Virus record (IMG/VR): IMGVR_UViG_3300042882_000327
Location: 1 to 64,000 of that record
DNA: 64,000 bases
Source: a virus
Strand: one strand, 5' to 3'
The stretch's first letter is position 1, and the number at the start of each line of letters is the position of its first letter. The notes beneath the pieces are model-generated. The model saw only the letters and a program-made list of their open reading frames with translations. It made no database searches and was not told where the DNA came from. Shown here piece by piece: positions 47,694 to 57,277 of this stretch. Position numbers and translations under genes: made by a program.

Positions 47694-49412
47694 TTACCTT
47701 AGTTCTATTAGTTTTGTAAAGTCTTTTTTCTTCTGAAACTTCAATGTTCTATCAAATTTATCGCCCAGAGTGTCTCCTTTATGCGAAATCACAATGACAT
47801 TAGTATTAACATCTAACGATTCAATCAAATCCATAAATTGATCAATTCCATTCAAGTCCAAAGAAGAATCCAATGTCTCGTCAAAAATCAATAAATTAGT
47901 ATTCACTGAATTTTTCATTTTAGCAATTTGTCTAAATGTAAACAGAATTGCCAAATCAATTCTTAATTTTTCCCCCTCAGAAAAATTCTCGTATTTAAAT
48001 TCATCCCTATGCCTACTTTTAATAACTTCTTCGAAATTTTCGTTGATATTGAAATTAACAAAGAAATTCATCTGCGAAAGGTAAGCATTGATTAACTTAT
48101 TCATTACAGGAATATATTGCTTAACAATTCTTGTCTTTATTCCTCCATCTTTTAATAGGACGGCAGAGAAATCATAATACTTTTTAGTATTTGTTAAATC
48201 ATCTTGGTTTGATATATGCTTATCTAACTCCGTAGTTAATATAGTCAATTTCCCATCATTTTCATCAATCGCATTATTAGATATTTCAGAAATGGCTTTT
48301 AACTCTTTTTGAATATAATTTTGAATTGCCGAGATGGAGGCATTTAATTTTACGATCTCTGAATTGTGATCTTGTATATTTTTGTTAATTAATCTTATCT
48401 CATCCAATCTTTCTTCTAGTTTTGTTGCTTCTTCAGTTAATTTGGAAAGCCCGGTTTTCAATTCTAATTTCTTTTTATTATTCACTTCAATCTGCGTCGA
48501 TTTAAACTCTTCATCAATAGATTGCCTACATGTAGGGCAACTATGATTTTTTTCAAAGAAATCACATTCTCTTCTCAATTTACTCAAATTAGTCTCAAGT
48601 TTAGATTCTATAGAAATCATTTTGCTTCTTTTGGTTTCTATAGAAGTTTTATCTATAATTTGTACTTGTAAAACATTTATATGTTTTTGAATAGAATCTA
48701 TATCTTTTTGTAGAGAAGTAATTTGTTCATTGGATTTAGCTATTTCTTCCTGCTTCCTTTTAATTTCTTCTTGTGTATGTTCTTTATGTTCTTTGAGATT
48801 CTGTTTCTGCAATTCGATCTTTTCTGTTGTCAATTCTATATTATATTTTAGATCGTTACTTTCTTCTTTCAATTTAGAAAGTTTATCTTTGACCAAAACA
48901 TTCATTGTAGAGAATATTTGAATATCTAACAATTCTTCTATAATAGATCTTCTATCTGCCGCTGGCATCTGCATAAAAGGATTATATCTAGCAGACCCCA
49001 AAATTACTACATTAATGAAAGACTTGTAATTGACTTTCAGAATATACTTCTCTAGATATTCTTGATAATCTTTAGAAGAAGCATCTTGATTAACAAGAAC
49101 ATCATTACAATATATTTCAAATACTGTTGGTTTCATTCCTCTCACAACCTTATACTCTCTATTACCAATAGAGAATTCAATTGTGACTAACATATTTGCT
49201 TTATTCTTAGAATTCAATAGATTTGGTTTATTTGCTTTACGAAAGGGTTTTCCATATAAAGCAAAGCAAATAGAATCCAGAATACAAGAAGATTTCCCAG
49301 ATCCATTGACACCAACAGATAAAGTCTTCTTATGAGAATTGAGATTTATTTCTATAGGAGAATTTCCTACAGAAAAGAAGTTACGCATGGAAACGCGAGA
49401 AAATACTATCAT
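47694..49412 (-). CDS. 46: recombination endonuclease ATPase subunit gp46 (Rad50-like)
   Basis: Walker A NGSGKS, Zn hook CPTC, signature FSEGE, DE, SH. Confidence 0.95.
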   Translation of the reverse strand: MIVFSRVSMRNFFSVGNSPIEINLNSHKKTLSVGVNGSGKSSCILDSICFALYGKPFRKANKPNLLNSKNKANMLVTIEFSIGNREYKVVRGMKPTVFEIYCNDVLVNQDASSKDYQEYLEKYILKVNYKSFINVVILGSARYNPFMQMPAADRRSIIEELLDIQIFSTMNVLVKDKLSKLKEESNDLKYNIELTTEKIELQKQNLKEHKEHTQEEIKRKQEEIAKSNEQITSLQKDIDSIQKHINVLQVQIIDKTSIETKRSKMISIESKLETNLSKLRRECDFFEKNHSCPTCRQSIDEEFKSTQIEVNNKKKLELKTGLSKLTEEATKLEERLDEIRLINKNIQDHNSEIVKLNASISAIQNYIQKELKAISEISNNAIDENDGKLTILTTELDKHISNQDDLTNTKKYYDFSAVLLKDGGIKTRIVKQYIPVMNKLINAYLSQMNFFVNFNINENFEEVIKSRHRDEFKYENFSEGEKLRIDLAILFTFRQIAKMKNSVNTNLLIFDETLDSSLDLNGIDQFMDLIESLDVNTNVIVISHKGDTLGDKFDRTLKFQKKKDFTKLIELR

Positions 49413-49421
49413 AATATACTA

Positions 49422-50513
49422 CTAAATTGATTCAAGGGACATCGCTTCGTCATAAAGCGAACTTAATATATTTTTTAATTTATTAGCATCTAACTCTTTT
49501 GTTTTTACATTATCTATATATCTGGATAAAATAGTAAGTGTGTCTTCTGTCTCATCAATATCATTGATTTCTTCGTTAAGAACATCAGCAGTATCCTCAA
49601 TTATAACAAGATCTAGGGGATTAATCTTATATAAAGCATCAATGAATAAATCAAATAGATATGGATTTTGTTTATTCTTGACAACCACTTTAATGTAGGA
49701 ACTTGCATATATATCAAGTTTAGATTGTTCTATCTGTTCTTTTATACTATCCTCGTTTAATAGATCATCATAAAAGATCTTATTAAACATTTTATAAGGA
49801 TTCTGTACAAAATCTAAATCTCTTGTTTCGAAATTAAATACATGAAATCCTTTTGGATCAGCATCATCTTGCCATGTCAATTCATACGGGGTTCCCAAAT
49901 AATATATATTACCTCTAGTAGAACGATGATGATAATGACCAGTAAAAACAAATTCAAATCTTTCGAATAACTTCCAATCCATGCCTTCGTCAGAGATAAA
50001 TCCTTTATACATAGCGAAGTCACGCAGTTCCAAGTGACCGAAACAAATATCGGATGAACTCTTTCCTATCTTACGGATAGACTCTTCATAATTATCTTTA
50101 CAAATCCAAGGAAGAAATAATGGTTTTATATTTGGAGCCAATTCAACATAATCTGGTTTTTCAATAGAGATAATATTTCTGTATTCTTTCAATAACAAAT
50201 TTTGAGAATTTACATTGATAGTATCTCTATAAAAACTATCATGATTTCCAACCAAAGTATATAATGTAATATCGTATTCTTCTAACTTATCAAAGAAATA
50301 TTTTTTGCATTCGGAGAGTCCTTGCAAATGGGCTTGTTTTCTGTTGTCAAAGATATCTCCGAGTTGTACGACAGTTTTTATATTATTATGCAATAAATAC
50401 GGGAAAAATACATTGGTATAAAATTTTTCAAAGTATTCATTGAATGACTTTGAACCAGATCTAGCCAAAAAGTGTGAATCTCCAAGTATAGCAATTTTCA
50501 TGTTATTTGTCAA
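49422..50513 (-). CDS. 47: recombination endonuclease nuclease subunit gp47 (Mre11-like)
   Basis: Motifs D.H, GD.FD.R, GNHD, GH.E, GHYH. Confidence 0.95.
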   Translation of the reverse strand: MTNNMKIAILGDSHFLARSGSKSFNEYFEKFYTNVFFPYLLHNNIKTVVQLGDIFDNRKQAHLQGLSECKKYFFDKLEEYDITLYTLVGNHDSFYRDTINVNSQNLLLKEYRNIISIEKPDYVELAPNIKPLFLPWICKDNYEESIRKIGKSSSDICFGHLELRDFAMYKGFISDEGMDWKLFERFEFVFTGHYHHRSTRGNIYYLGTPYELTWQDDADPKGFHVFNFETRDLDFVQNPYKMFNKIFYDDLLNEDSIKEQIEQSKLDIYASSYIKVVVKNKQNPYLFDLFIDALYKINPLDLVIIEDTADVLNEEINDIDETEDTLTILSRYIDNVKTKELDANKLKNILSSLYDEAMSLESI

Positions 50514-52292
50514 CTATCCTTTCATGATATTTTCAATTTGAACTTCATCAATGGTTTCGCGTTCCATTAATAGTTCAGCCATTTGTTCAACTTTATTCCA
50601 ATTTTTCTTTAAAATTCTTTCGGCGGCTTTATAATTCTTGTTAATCAAAACTTGAATTTCTTTTTGTACCAAAGTAGTGATTTCTTCCATTCCAGATTTT
50701 AATTGCGAGGAATTAGTTAATCCATTCATTTCTACAAATTTAATTGGCGGGACTTTTTTACTCATTCCCCATTCAGTTACCATTTTAGTAGCAAGCGAAG
50801 TTGCACGTTCAATATCATTCGAAGCACCAGTAGTAACACCATCAAATCCAGCATAAATTTCCTCTGCAATCCTACCTCCATATAAAGAAGCAATTTGACT
50901 TTCCAATTTTATTTTACTAACTGAAACCGAATCTCTTTCTGGTAGGAACATAGTAATACCAAGTGCTCTGCCGCGAGGAATGATAGAAACTTTATAAATC
51001 GGATCATGTTCTTTAGAAAAATATCCTACAACAGCGTGTCCAGCTTCATGTATTGCTGTAAGTTTTCGTTCATCTTCTGACATTGTAAATGTCTTTCTTT
51101 CAACGCCCATCAAAATCTTATCCTTGGCTTTTTCAAAATTATGTTTCGAAACAACATCAGAATCTTCTCTAGAAGCGAAAATAGTAGCTTCATTTACAAG
51201 ATTGGCTAATTCTGCCCCAGAGAAGCCAGATGTTCCTCTAGCAATACTATGCAAATCCACATCCTCGGACATAGGAATATTCTTTGTATGAACTTCAAGA
51301 ATTTGAGTTCTGCCATTCAAATCCGGTAATCCAACCGCGATTTGACGATCAAATCTTCCGGGTCTTAATAATGCCTTATCTAAGATATCCGCACGATTTG
51401 TTGCGGCAATAACAATAATCCTAGAATTAGTACCAAATCCATCCATTTCTACCAGCAATGCATTTAATGTTTGGTCGCGTTCGTCATTTGAAACCATACC
51501 AGAACTTCTTGATTTACCGACAGCATCAATCTCGTCAATGAATAAAATAGCAGATTCATTTTTCTTCAATTCGACAAACATATCACGAACTCTAGAAGAC
51601 CCCACACCAACAAACATTTCAACAAAGTCGGAACCGGAACAATAATAAAACGGTACACCAGCTTCATGAGCAACCGCTTTGGATAGCAATGTTTTACCAG
51701 TTCCGGGATCTCCTGTCAAGAGAACACCTTTCGGGACTTTACCGCCAAGCTTATTAAATTTTTCGGGATTTCTAAGAAAATCAATAACTTCTCGTAGTTC
51801 ATCTTTTGCTTCATCACAACCAGCAACATCGGCAAAGGTAACTTCATTGTGTTCATCTTTTTCGAGAAGTTTAGCTTTGGAATTTCCAATAGATCCTAAT
51901 CTACTACCAGCCTGTCTCCTAGCAAACCAAATCCATGCACAAATTAATAATACAATAGGAATTGAGTTAATTAAAATATCCATCCAAATACTTCTCTTTG
52001 GAGGATCTAAAACTACAACATCTACATTATGTGATAATAAATCATTAATTAATTGTGGATCATTATCTGGAGTATTAACTACAAACTCTTCGCCAGTTTT
52101 TGCAATAGCATGTAGACTACTTCCTTGAATCCTAACCTTAAAGATTCCATCGTGTTTAACAATATTCAAAAATCTAGTATAAGATGGTTGATATTGTTGC
52201 ATTATTGGCTTAGTCATTCTATTATAAAATGTTACCGCAGCAAATACTACAGCAAATAGAATAACTGCCTTGATTAAAATTTGTTTATTCAT
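50514..52292 (-). CDS. ftsH: ATP-dependent membrane zinc metalloprotease FtsH
   Basis: Two TM helices, GDPGTGKT, EMFVG pore, FIDEID, SRH TNR...LLRPGRFDR, HEAGH, GASND. Confidence 0.97.
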   Translation of the reverse strand: MNKQILIKAVILFAVVFAAVTFYNRMTKPIMQQYQPSYTRFLNIVKHDGIFKVRIQGSSLHAIAKTGEEFVVNTPDNDPQLINDLLSHNVDVVVLDPPKRSIWMDILINSIPIVLLICAWIWFARRQAGSRLGSIGNSKAKLLEKDEHNEVTFADVAGCDEAKDELREVIDFLRNPEKFNKLGGKVPKGVLLTGDPGTGKTLLSKAVAHEAGVPFYYCSGSDFVEMFVGVGSSRVRDMFVELKKNESAILFIDEIDAVGKSRSSGMVSNDERDQTLNALLVEMDGFGTNSRIIVIAATNRADILDKALLRPGRFDRQIAVGLPDLNGRTQILEVHTKNIPMSEDVDLHSIARGTSGFSGAELANLVNEATIFASREDSDVVSKHNFEKAKDKILMGVERKTFTMSEDERKLTAIHEAGHAVVGYFSKEHDPIYKVSIIPRGRALGITMFLPERDSVSVSKIKLESQIASLYGGRIAEEIYAGFDGVTTGASNDIERATSLATKMVTEWGMSKKVPPIKFVEMNGLTNSSQLKSGMEEITTLVQKEIQVLINKNYKAAERILKKNWNKVEQMAELLMERETIDEVQIENIMKG

Positions 52293-52831
52293 TATTCTTC
52301 CTCTAGGAAATTTTCTAGACCCTTTTTCTTCTTGGAGTTCTCTTTCTTCTCCTTAACATTAGATTCATACTGCTCAATAAATTCATACAGATTATCATAA
52401 ATTTGAATTTGGTTTATTGTGCCATCACCGAGTTCTAATAACTCTTCTTCATCAAGAATCCCAAAATTCTCGGTGGCTTTATATTTCACATATTGTTGTT
52501 TCTTTTCTTTTGCTATTCTTCTTACAAAAGCATACCAACAAATTTGGGTAAAATATGCAAATGGATTTGTTGACTTTGCCGGATCAAAATTCTCAAAATA
52601 CATCAAACAATTTTCTATAGCATCCGAAACCATTTCGTCCTTATACGTATAACAGCAAAAATTAGGACGTTTCGCCAGATTCATAGCAATCTTTAAGAAA
52701 CATTCACCAATATAATTGGGAATCCGGGGTTTCTTTTGTCCCGCGCTTTTAGAAACGTCCAAAGCGGTTTTATATTCGACAAGAGCTTTTAAAAAATCGT
52801 CATTATTAATATATTGTGTTGTAGTTTTCAA
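52292..52831 (-). CDS. 55: late sigma factor gp55
   Basis: Motifs Y.NN.DF, IG.CF.KIA..L...PNF..Y.Y..EM..D.IE, NPFAYFTQI. Confidence 0.95.
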   Translation of the reverse strand: MKTTTQYINNDDFLKALVEYKTALDVSKSAGQKKPRIPNYIGECFLKIAMNLAKRPNFCCYTYKDEMVSDAIENCLMYFENFDPAKSTNPFAYFTQICWYAFVRRIAKEKKQQYVKYKATENFGILDEEELLELGDGTINQIQIYDNLYEFIEQYESNVKEKKENSKKKKGLENFLEEE

Positions 52832-52863
52832 TTTATTCTCCTAATAATCCTACTCATTGTATT

Positions 52864-52935
52864 ATTATACCGCACTAATCGAAATAAGTAAAGGAAAAAA
52901 TAATTCTTGACTTTTCCAAAAAATAGTAAGATAAT
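52864..52935. promoter_or_regulatory. back-to-back sigma70-type promoters upstream of gene 55
   Basis: Minus strand TTTACT-N17-TATAAT (52892-52864); plus strand TTGACT-N17-GATAAT (52907-52935). Confidence 0.6.
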
Positions 52936-52963
52936 AAGTATGTATTCAGTTGATGTACAATCT

Positions 52964-53338
52964 TTAATGCATCTTGTTTAAGCTCTTAGCATCCATACCT
53001 TCTAGCATAAGTTTTATATCTTTTTTATCTATTTCTGTCTTTTCTTCTTTTTCGAATTCGAAATCATTCAAGAAGTTAAGATAATATTCTTTAAAGTCTT
53101 GTTTTGGTTCTAACAGCAATAAAACCTCTGACAGAGGTAAAACTGCAAAGTTATTTTCCAACAAATTTAATGGTAGCCAGAAACTCAACATCATTTCTTG
53201 TGTATCTTCTTTAGTGTTGAAAGTTAAAAGAACATTCAACGGATACGTTAATCTGATGGTATCTGACTTTAAATCTTTTTCTACAAAAGAAATAATATCT
53301 TCTCCGCTTCTCAATCTTACAAATTTGATATGTCCCAT
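52964..53338 (-). CDS. conserved T4-like hypothetical protein between uvsW and 55
   Basis: Motifs RL.SGED.I, W.P; conserved synteny. Confidence 0.75.
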   Translation of the reverse strand: MGHIKFVRLRSGEDIISFVEKDLKSDTIRLTYPLNVLLTFNTKEDTQEMMLSFWLPLNLLENNFAVLPLSEVLLLLEPKQDFKEYYLNFLNDFEFEKEEKTEIDKKDIKLMLEGMDAKSLNKMH

Positions 53339-53348
53339 AATTGTCTCT

Positions 53349-54848
53349 TTAAGAAAAATCTACATTAATAATTTTATAATCAAATTGTTCTTGATTATAT
53401 GTTTTTATACGTTCTAAGAAATGAGAGAGTACAAAATTTTGATGTTTACCTACGCTTAGATTATCAACAATATCATATAGAGTTGCAACATCTTTTGATT
53501 CGTGAAGACGCAAAATTCTTCCTATTGATTGAAGATTTCTGATTCTAGATTTTCCTGAAATTGCAGAAATAATATTATGAAGATTTTTAATTGACACTCC
53601 AGTGCTCATTGTACCATAACTCGCTACGATAATAGCATTTAATTCCGATTCCATAATTTGACGAATCTTTTCTCTTTCGTCACCAGCAATGCCTCCGTGA
53701 ATAAAATATACGTTTCTATTATTAAGATGTTTTGAATTTTTAATCATTTCGTATATTACTTTTCCGTGAGTTTCTACAAAATTAAATAGAATGATTGTAT
53801 TTTTATCCAAAGAAAGAGATAGGTTTTTAATAAATGTATTTCTCTTGGTATTTGATACTAGATACTTTATCTCTTCTTGATATTTGAATTTTTTAATTGC
53901 TTTGCAAGTTTCTTTATCATATTTTAATACCAGACATTTGATATTAAATGCTGCAACTTGTTTTCTATCTATTAGTTCTTTTGTAGTTATCAGTTTATTA
54001 ATAGGACCAAATAATCCAATTAATGTTTTTTCATTAACTTTTAAATTATCTAAAGTTCCTGTTAATCCTATTCTATAAGAAGCGTTAGTACATCTTTCTA
54101 ATATACCAGTCAAAGAAGTAGCTTTGGCTGTATGAACTTCATCTGTAATAACAAAATCATATTGAGTAAAAAAGTTATTTTCTTTTATAGTATGAAGCGA
54201 TTGCCATGTAGAAATAGTTATAATCTTGCTTGCATTTTTATCCTGTCCTTGATATATTTTATGGACATGTTTATCGCAATCCCAACAATTAAAATGAGAA
54301 TAATCTTGAAAATCCGAATATAATTGATGAACTAATGATATACTAGGAACTATAATAAGTCCTTTTAATCCAGAATCAGACAAAAATTTGGCAATAAGAT
54401 ATATCGTAAGAGATTTGCCAGAAGAGGTCGGACTTAATATCAATTGTCTTTTATTGGAAACAGCATCAACAAATCCTTTTATTTGATAATCTCTAGGCTC
54501 TATTTCTTGTCCTTTTGATGATGGTTTTGTATTTTTTATGAAGTTTTCTGCGTCGAGTTCTAATCGTTTGGATTTTAAATTATCGGAAATTTCATAAGTA
54601 TAGTCTCTGCTTTTACAGAAAGCAATTACCTGATTAAATAATCCAAAATATAGTTCTCCCCTATTTTTAGATGTTAATCTCAATAGTCTTAACTTCCCAT
54701 CCCACATCTTAGCTCTATATTTTGGATGATATTTATAACCTTCCGCATAAAATGTAAATACATCTTGTAATTCATATAGAGTTGATTGTTCTCCGGAAAC
54801 TATTATATAACTCTCATTTTTCTTTTCTATATGTAAATCAGCCATCAT
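53349..54848 (-). CDS. uvsW: SF2 helicase UvsW
   Basis: Motifs WDG..RL, PR.YQ, PT.SGKS, DEVH, TGT, QSIGR.LR. Confidence 0.96.
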   Translation of the reverse strand: MMADLHIEKKNESYIIVSGEQSTLYELQDVFTFYAEGYKYHPKYRAKMWDGKLRLLRLTSKNRGELYFGLFNQVIAFCKSRDYTYEISDNLKSKRLELDAENFIKNTKPSSKGQEIEPRDYQIKGFVDAVSNKRQLILSPTSSGKSLTIYLIAKFLSDSGLKGLIIVPSISLVHQLYSDFQDYSHFNCWDCDKHVHKIYQGQDKNASKIITISTWQSLHTIKENNFFTQYDFVITDEVHTAKATSLTGILERCTNASYRIGLTGTLDNLKVNEKTLIGLFGPINKLITTKELIDRKQVAAFNIKCLVLKYDKETCKAIKKFKYQEEIKYLVSNTKRNTFIKNLSLSLDKNTIILFNFVETHGKVIYEMIKNSKHLNNRNVYFIHGGIAGDEREKIRQIMESELNAIIVASYGTMSTGVSIKNLHNIISAISGKSRIRNLQSIGRILRLHESKDVATLYDIVDNLSVGKHQNFVLSHFLERIKTYNQEQFDYKIINVDFS

Positions 54849-55282
54849 GCACCCGATAAAAATTTCTCATAATCAACCAAGGTTTTAAGTTGCCAAGTCC
54901 TTGATTTGAGTTCGTTTAAAATAGATTCACAGGTAGAAATGACCTGATCGTGATATATCTTTTTTTGGAGGAGTTTGATTAGAATTTCATCACAATTCAA
55001 ATATTTTTCTAACCCAGTTTTTGTGACATGAAGATCAAATTGTTCCCATCCATATTCTTCTAGTGATTCTTGATCTAGTTGTCCAAGGTAATATTCAGAG
55101 CGAATATTTTTCATTTTATCGTAATCGAATTTGGCTTTAAAAGAAGCCATTTTGTGTTCATTAAGATACTTAATATATTTGGCATGTAATTTTGGAATGC
55201 CAATCAATTCAAGTTTTATCTTTCCTTCATCAATAACACAATCTTGCGCCCATTCTTCAAGCAATTGTTCCAGTTTTATCAT
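54845..55282 (-). CDS. uvsY: recombination mediator UvsY
   Basis: Motifs W..D..ID, P.LHAKY, YY.G, R.WQ.K. Confidence 0.9.
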   Translation of the reverse strand: MIKLEQLLEEWAQDCVIDEGKIKLELIGIPKLHAKYIKYLNEHKMASFKAKFDYDKMKNIRSEYYLGQLDQESLEEYGWEQFDLHVTKTGLEKYLNCDEILIKLLQKKIYHDQVISTCESILNELKSRTWQLKTLVDYEKFLSGA

Positions 55283-55298
55283 AATATAGTCTCATAAT

Positions 55299-55829
55299 TT
55301 AAATACGTTCAAAGTTATATAGTTGATATTTAAACGACGCTTTTGCAGTTAAAATATCATCTGCGCTTTGTGCCGAACTCATAGTTATTCCGGATAACGA
55401 AACCGGAAAAACATCTACAAATTTAACATTGGTTTTAAAATTATTTAGTGCCGTTAATGTAGACATATATGCATCCGAATATTGAGGAGTCATAGATTTC
55501 ATAGTAATTATAGACTCTCTATTCAAGGTTTTATATTCCTCAAAAGAACACGGAAAAGAATATTTTCTAATCCAATCATGAATCACTTGCCATGACCAAA
55601 GTTCCTCGTCTACAATGAATTCGATATCCAATGTTTCATAAATTGCTTTATCTCCGGGTCTATACAAATCTACAAATGGTGTAGATTGTGTTACTGGCGT
55701 AGATGATATTCCCGGAATATTGACAGATCTGCAGAAATAAGTTACACTACTAATTCTCGGAAAAATAATCTGAAACTTTGTAGATTGTAAATAATTAGAA
55801 TTCGGTGGATTTCTGGTTAATGCTGACAT
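55299..55829 (-). CDS. 3: tail completion / sheath stabilizer gp3
   Basis: Motifs N.L....F, YFC..VNIPG, PGD, F.VDE, FP.SL; start reassigned to MSALTRNP. Confidence 0.9.
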   Translation of the reverse strand: MSALTRNPPNSNYLQSTKFQIIFPRISSVTYFCRSVNIPGISSTPVTQSTPFVDLYRPGDKAIYETLDIEFIVDEELWSWQVIHDWIRKYSFPCSFEEYKTLNRESIITMKSMTPQYSDAYMSTLTALNNFKTNVKFVDVFPVSLSGITMSSAQSADDILTAKASFKYQLYNFERI

Positions 55830-55855
55830 ATTATTTTTATAGGTAAATAAAGTAG

Positions 55856-55863
55856 TATTTATA
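55856..55863 (-). promoter_or_regulatory. T4 late promoter for gene 3
   Basis: Exact TATAAATA. Confidence 0.8.
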
Positions 55864-55903
55864 AACAATATAAAGGATGGGTTTGTAAAAAAATTAGATT
55901 AAT

Positions 55904-55931
55904 AAAAAAAGGGAGCCGAAGCTCCCTTTTT
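55904..55931 (-). terminator. intrinsic terminator after gene 23
   Basis: GGGAGC-TTCG-GCTCCC followed by T7. Confidence 0.92.
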
Positions 55932-55951
55932 GTTTTCCGTTTTAAACGGTA

Positions 55952-57232
55952 TTACATAATATTGCGAACGGCAAAGATTCTGTAATAAACGTTCTTACGA
56001 GCAGTTAGTCTACCTTGACCAACATCTAGACCTTCCGCAAATGGGTTTGCAACCATTCCGTAACGAGTCTTGAAGCCAATCTTAGGTTGGAAAGTAGCTG
56101 GATCAACTGCACGAACCATTTGTAGAGGAACGTATGGGCAGTAGAATAGACCAGCATCATAAGGGGAAGTACCCTTATAACCAACTGTAACTAGTTCAGT
56201 ACCAGCAGACATACCGCCGAAGTAAGGATCGATATAGACCTTAATACGACCATGTAGCATACCAGCATAGGTGTTACCAGTATCGTCAACTTGTAGATCA
56301 GCAGATAGTGCTGGGGTGTATTGTAGAACACCAGCCATAGCTAGAGCGGAAGCTACGTCAGAAGAAACGATAAGGATATTACCTTTCCCTCTACGAGTTT
56401 CTTTTGCAATTGCGTTGGCTTCTCTTTCGATATGATAGATTAGACCTTTGAAACGTTCAACGGACCAACGACCATTAGAGTCGGTATCTAGATCGAACAC
56501 ACCAGGAGTTACAGTACCCCATTGAGCACCAGGCTTTGCAACTTGGTAAATGGTACGGATAACTTCACGGTTGATTTCAGCAAGAATTTCTGTAGAAAGA
56601 ATATTGCTTAGTTCGGTTTCTGCATCTAGACCATGAATTGCTTTTAGGTCTTGTGCTAGTTCGATTGAATATTCAGCCTTTAACGCACGAGTGTTAGCTG
56701 TTACAGTAACCTTGTCGATTGTAACTGCCATGTTTGCAGGTTCAATACCTTCACCAGTAGCAGTAGACATTCCTTTACCAGAAGTAAAGATATCGGTATT
56801 AGCGATATTAGCAACTGGGTTATTGGAAGTGTCAGAATCGTAACCACGACCGATAATACCAGAGAAAATGGTATTAGCTTCGTTGTAGAATGCTTCGTTA
56901 TTGTTTTGTGAAGTATAACGTGAACGTAGAGCAAAGATTAGTCCAGTAGGACCAGTCATTGGCTGTACACCAGCAACATCATACGCAATTAGGTTAGGAA
57001 GCGAACGACGAACTAGACTGATTAGAATAGGATCGAAGTTTTGGATTCCACCAGCAACGTTAGTTGGTGCGGTTTCGTTAATGGCCTGACGTTCAGCATC
57101 CATAGCTTTTTGTTGGTTCTCAAGAACCATAGCTGTGACTGCCTTCTTGTAGGGGTCTTTAATTGGGTCTAGTTCTGGATGTTCCAGAATTGGACTCCAC
57201 TTGTTTACAACTTCTTCTTCGTTTAAATACAT
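55952..57232 (-). CDS. 23: major capsid protein gp23
   Basis: Motifs GVQPMTGPTGLIFALR, RALKAEYS.ELAQDL.A.HG, YCPYVPL, FQP.IGFKTRYG. Confidence 0.98.
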   Translation of the reverse strand: MYLNEEEVVNKWSPILEHPELDPIKDPYKKAVTAMVLENQQKAMDAERQAINETAPTNVAGGIQNFDPILISLVRRSLPNLIAYDVAGVQPMTGPTGLIFALRSRYTSQNNNEAFYNEANTIFSGIIGRGYDSDTSNNPVANIANTDIFTSGKGMSTATGEGIEPANMAVTIDKVTVTANTRALKAEYSIELAQDLKAIHGLDAETELSNILSTEILAEINREVIRTIYQVAKPGAQWGTVTPGVFDLDTDSNGRWSVERFKGLIYHIEREANAIAKETRRGKGNILIVSSDVASALAMAGVLQYTPALSADLQVDDTGNTYAGMLHGRIKVYIDPYFGGMSAGTELVTVGYKGTSPYDAGLFYCPYVPLQMVRAVDPATFQPKIGFKTRYGMVANPFAEGLDVGQGRLTARKNVYYRIFAVRNIM

Positions 57233-57264
57233 TGTAGGTTTCTCCTTAATAAAATATTATTTAA

Positions 57265-57272
57265 TATTTATA
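57265..57272 (-). promoter_or_regulatory. T4 late promoter for gene 23
   Basis: Exact TATAAATA. Confidence 0.85.
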
Positions 57273-57277
57273 AAAAA

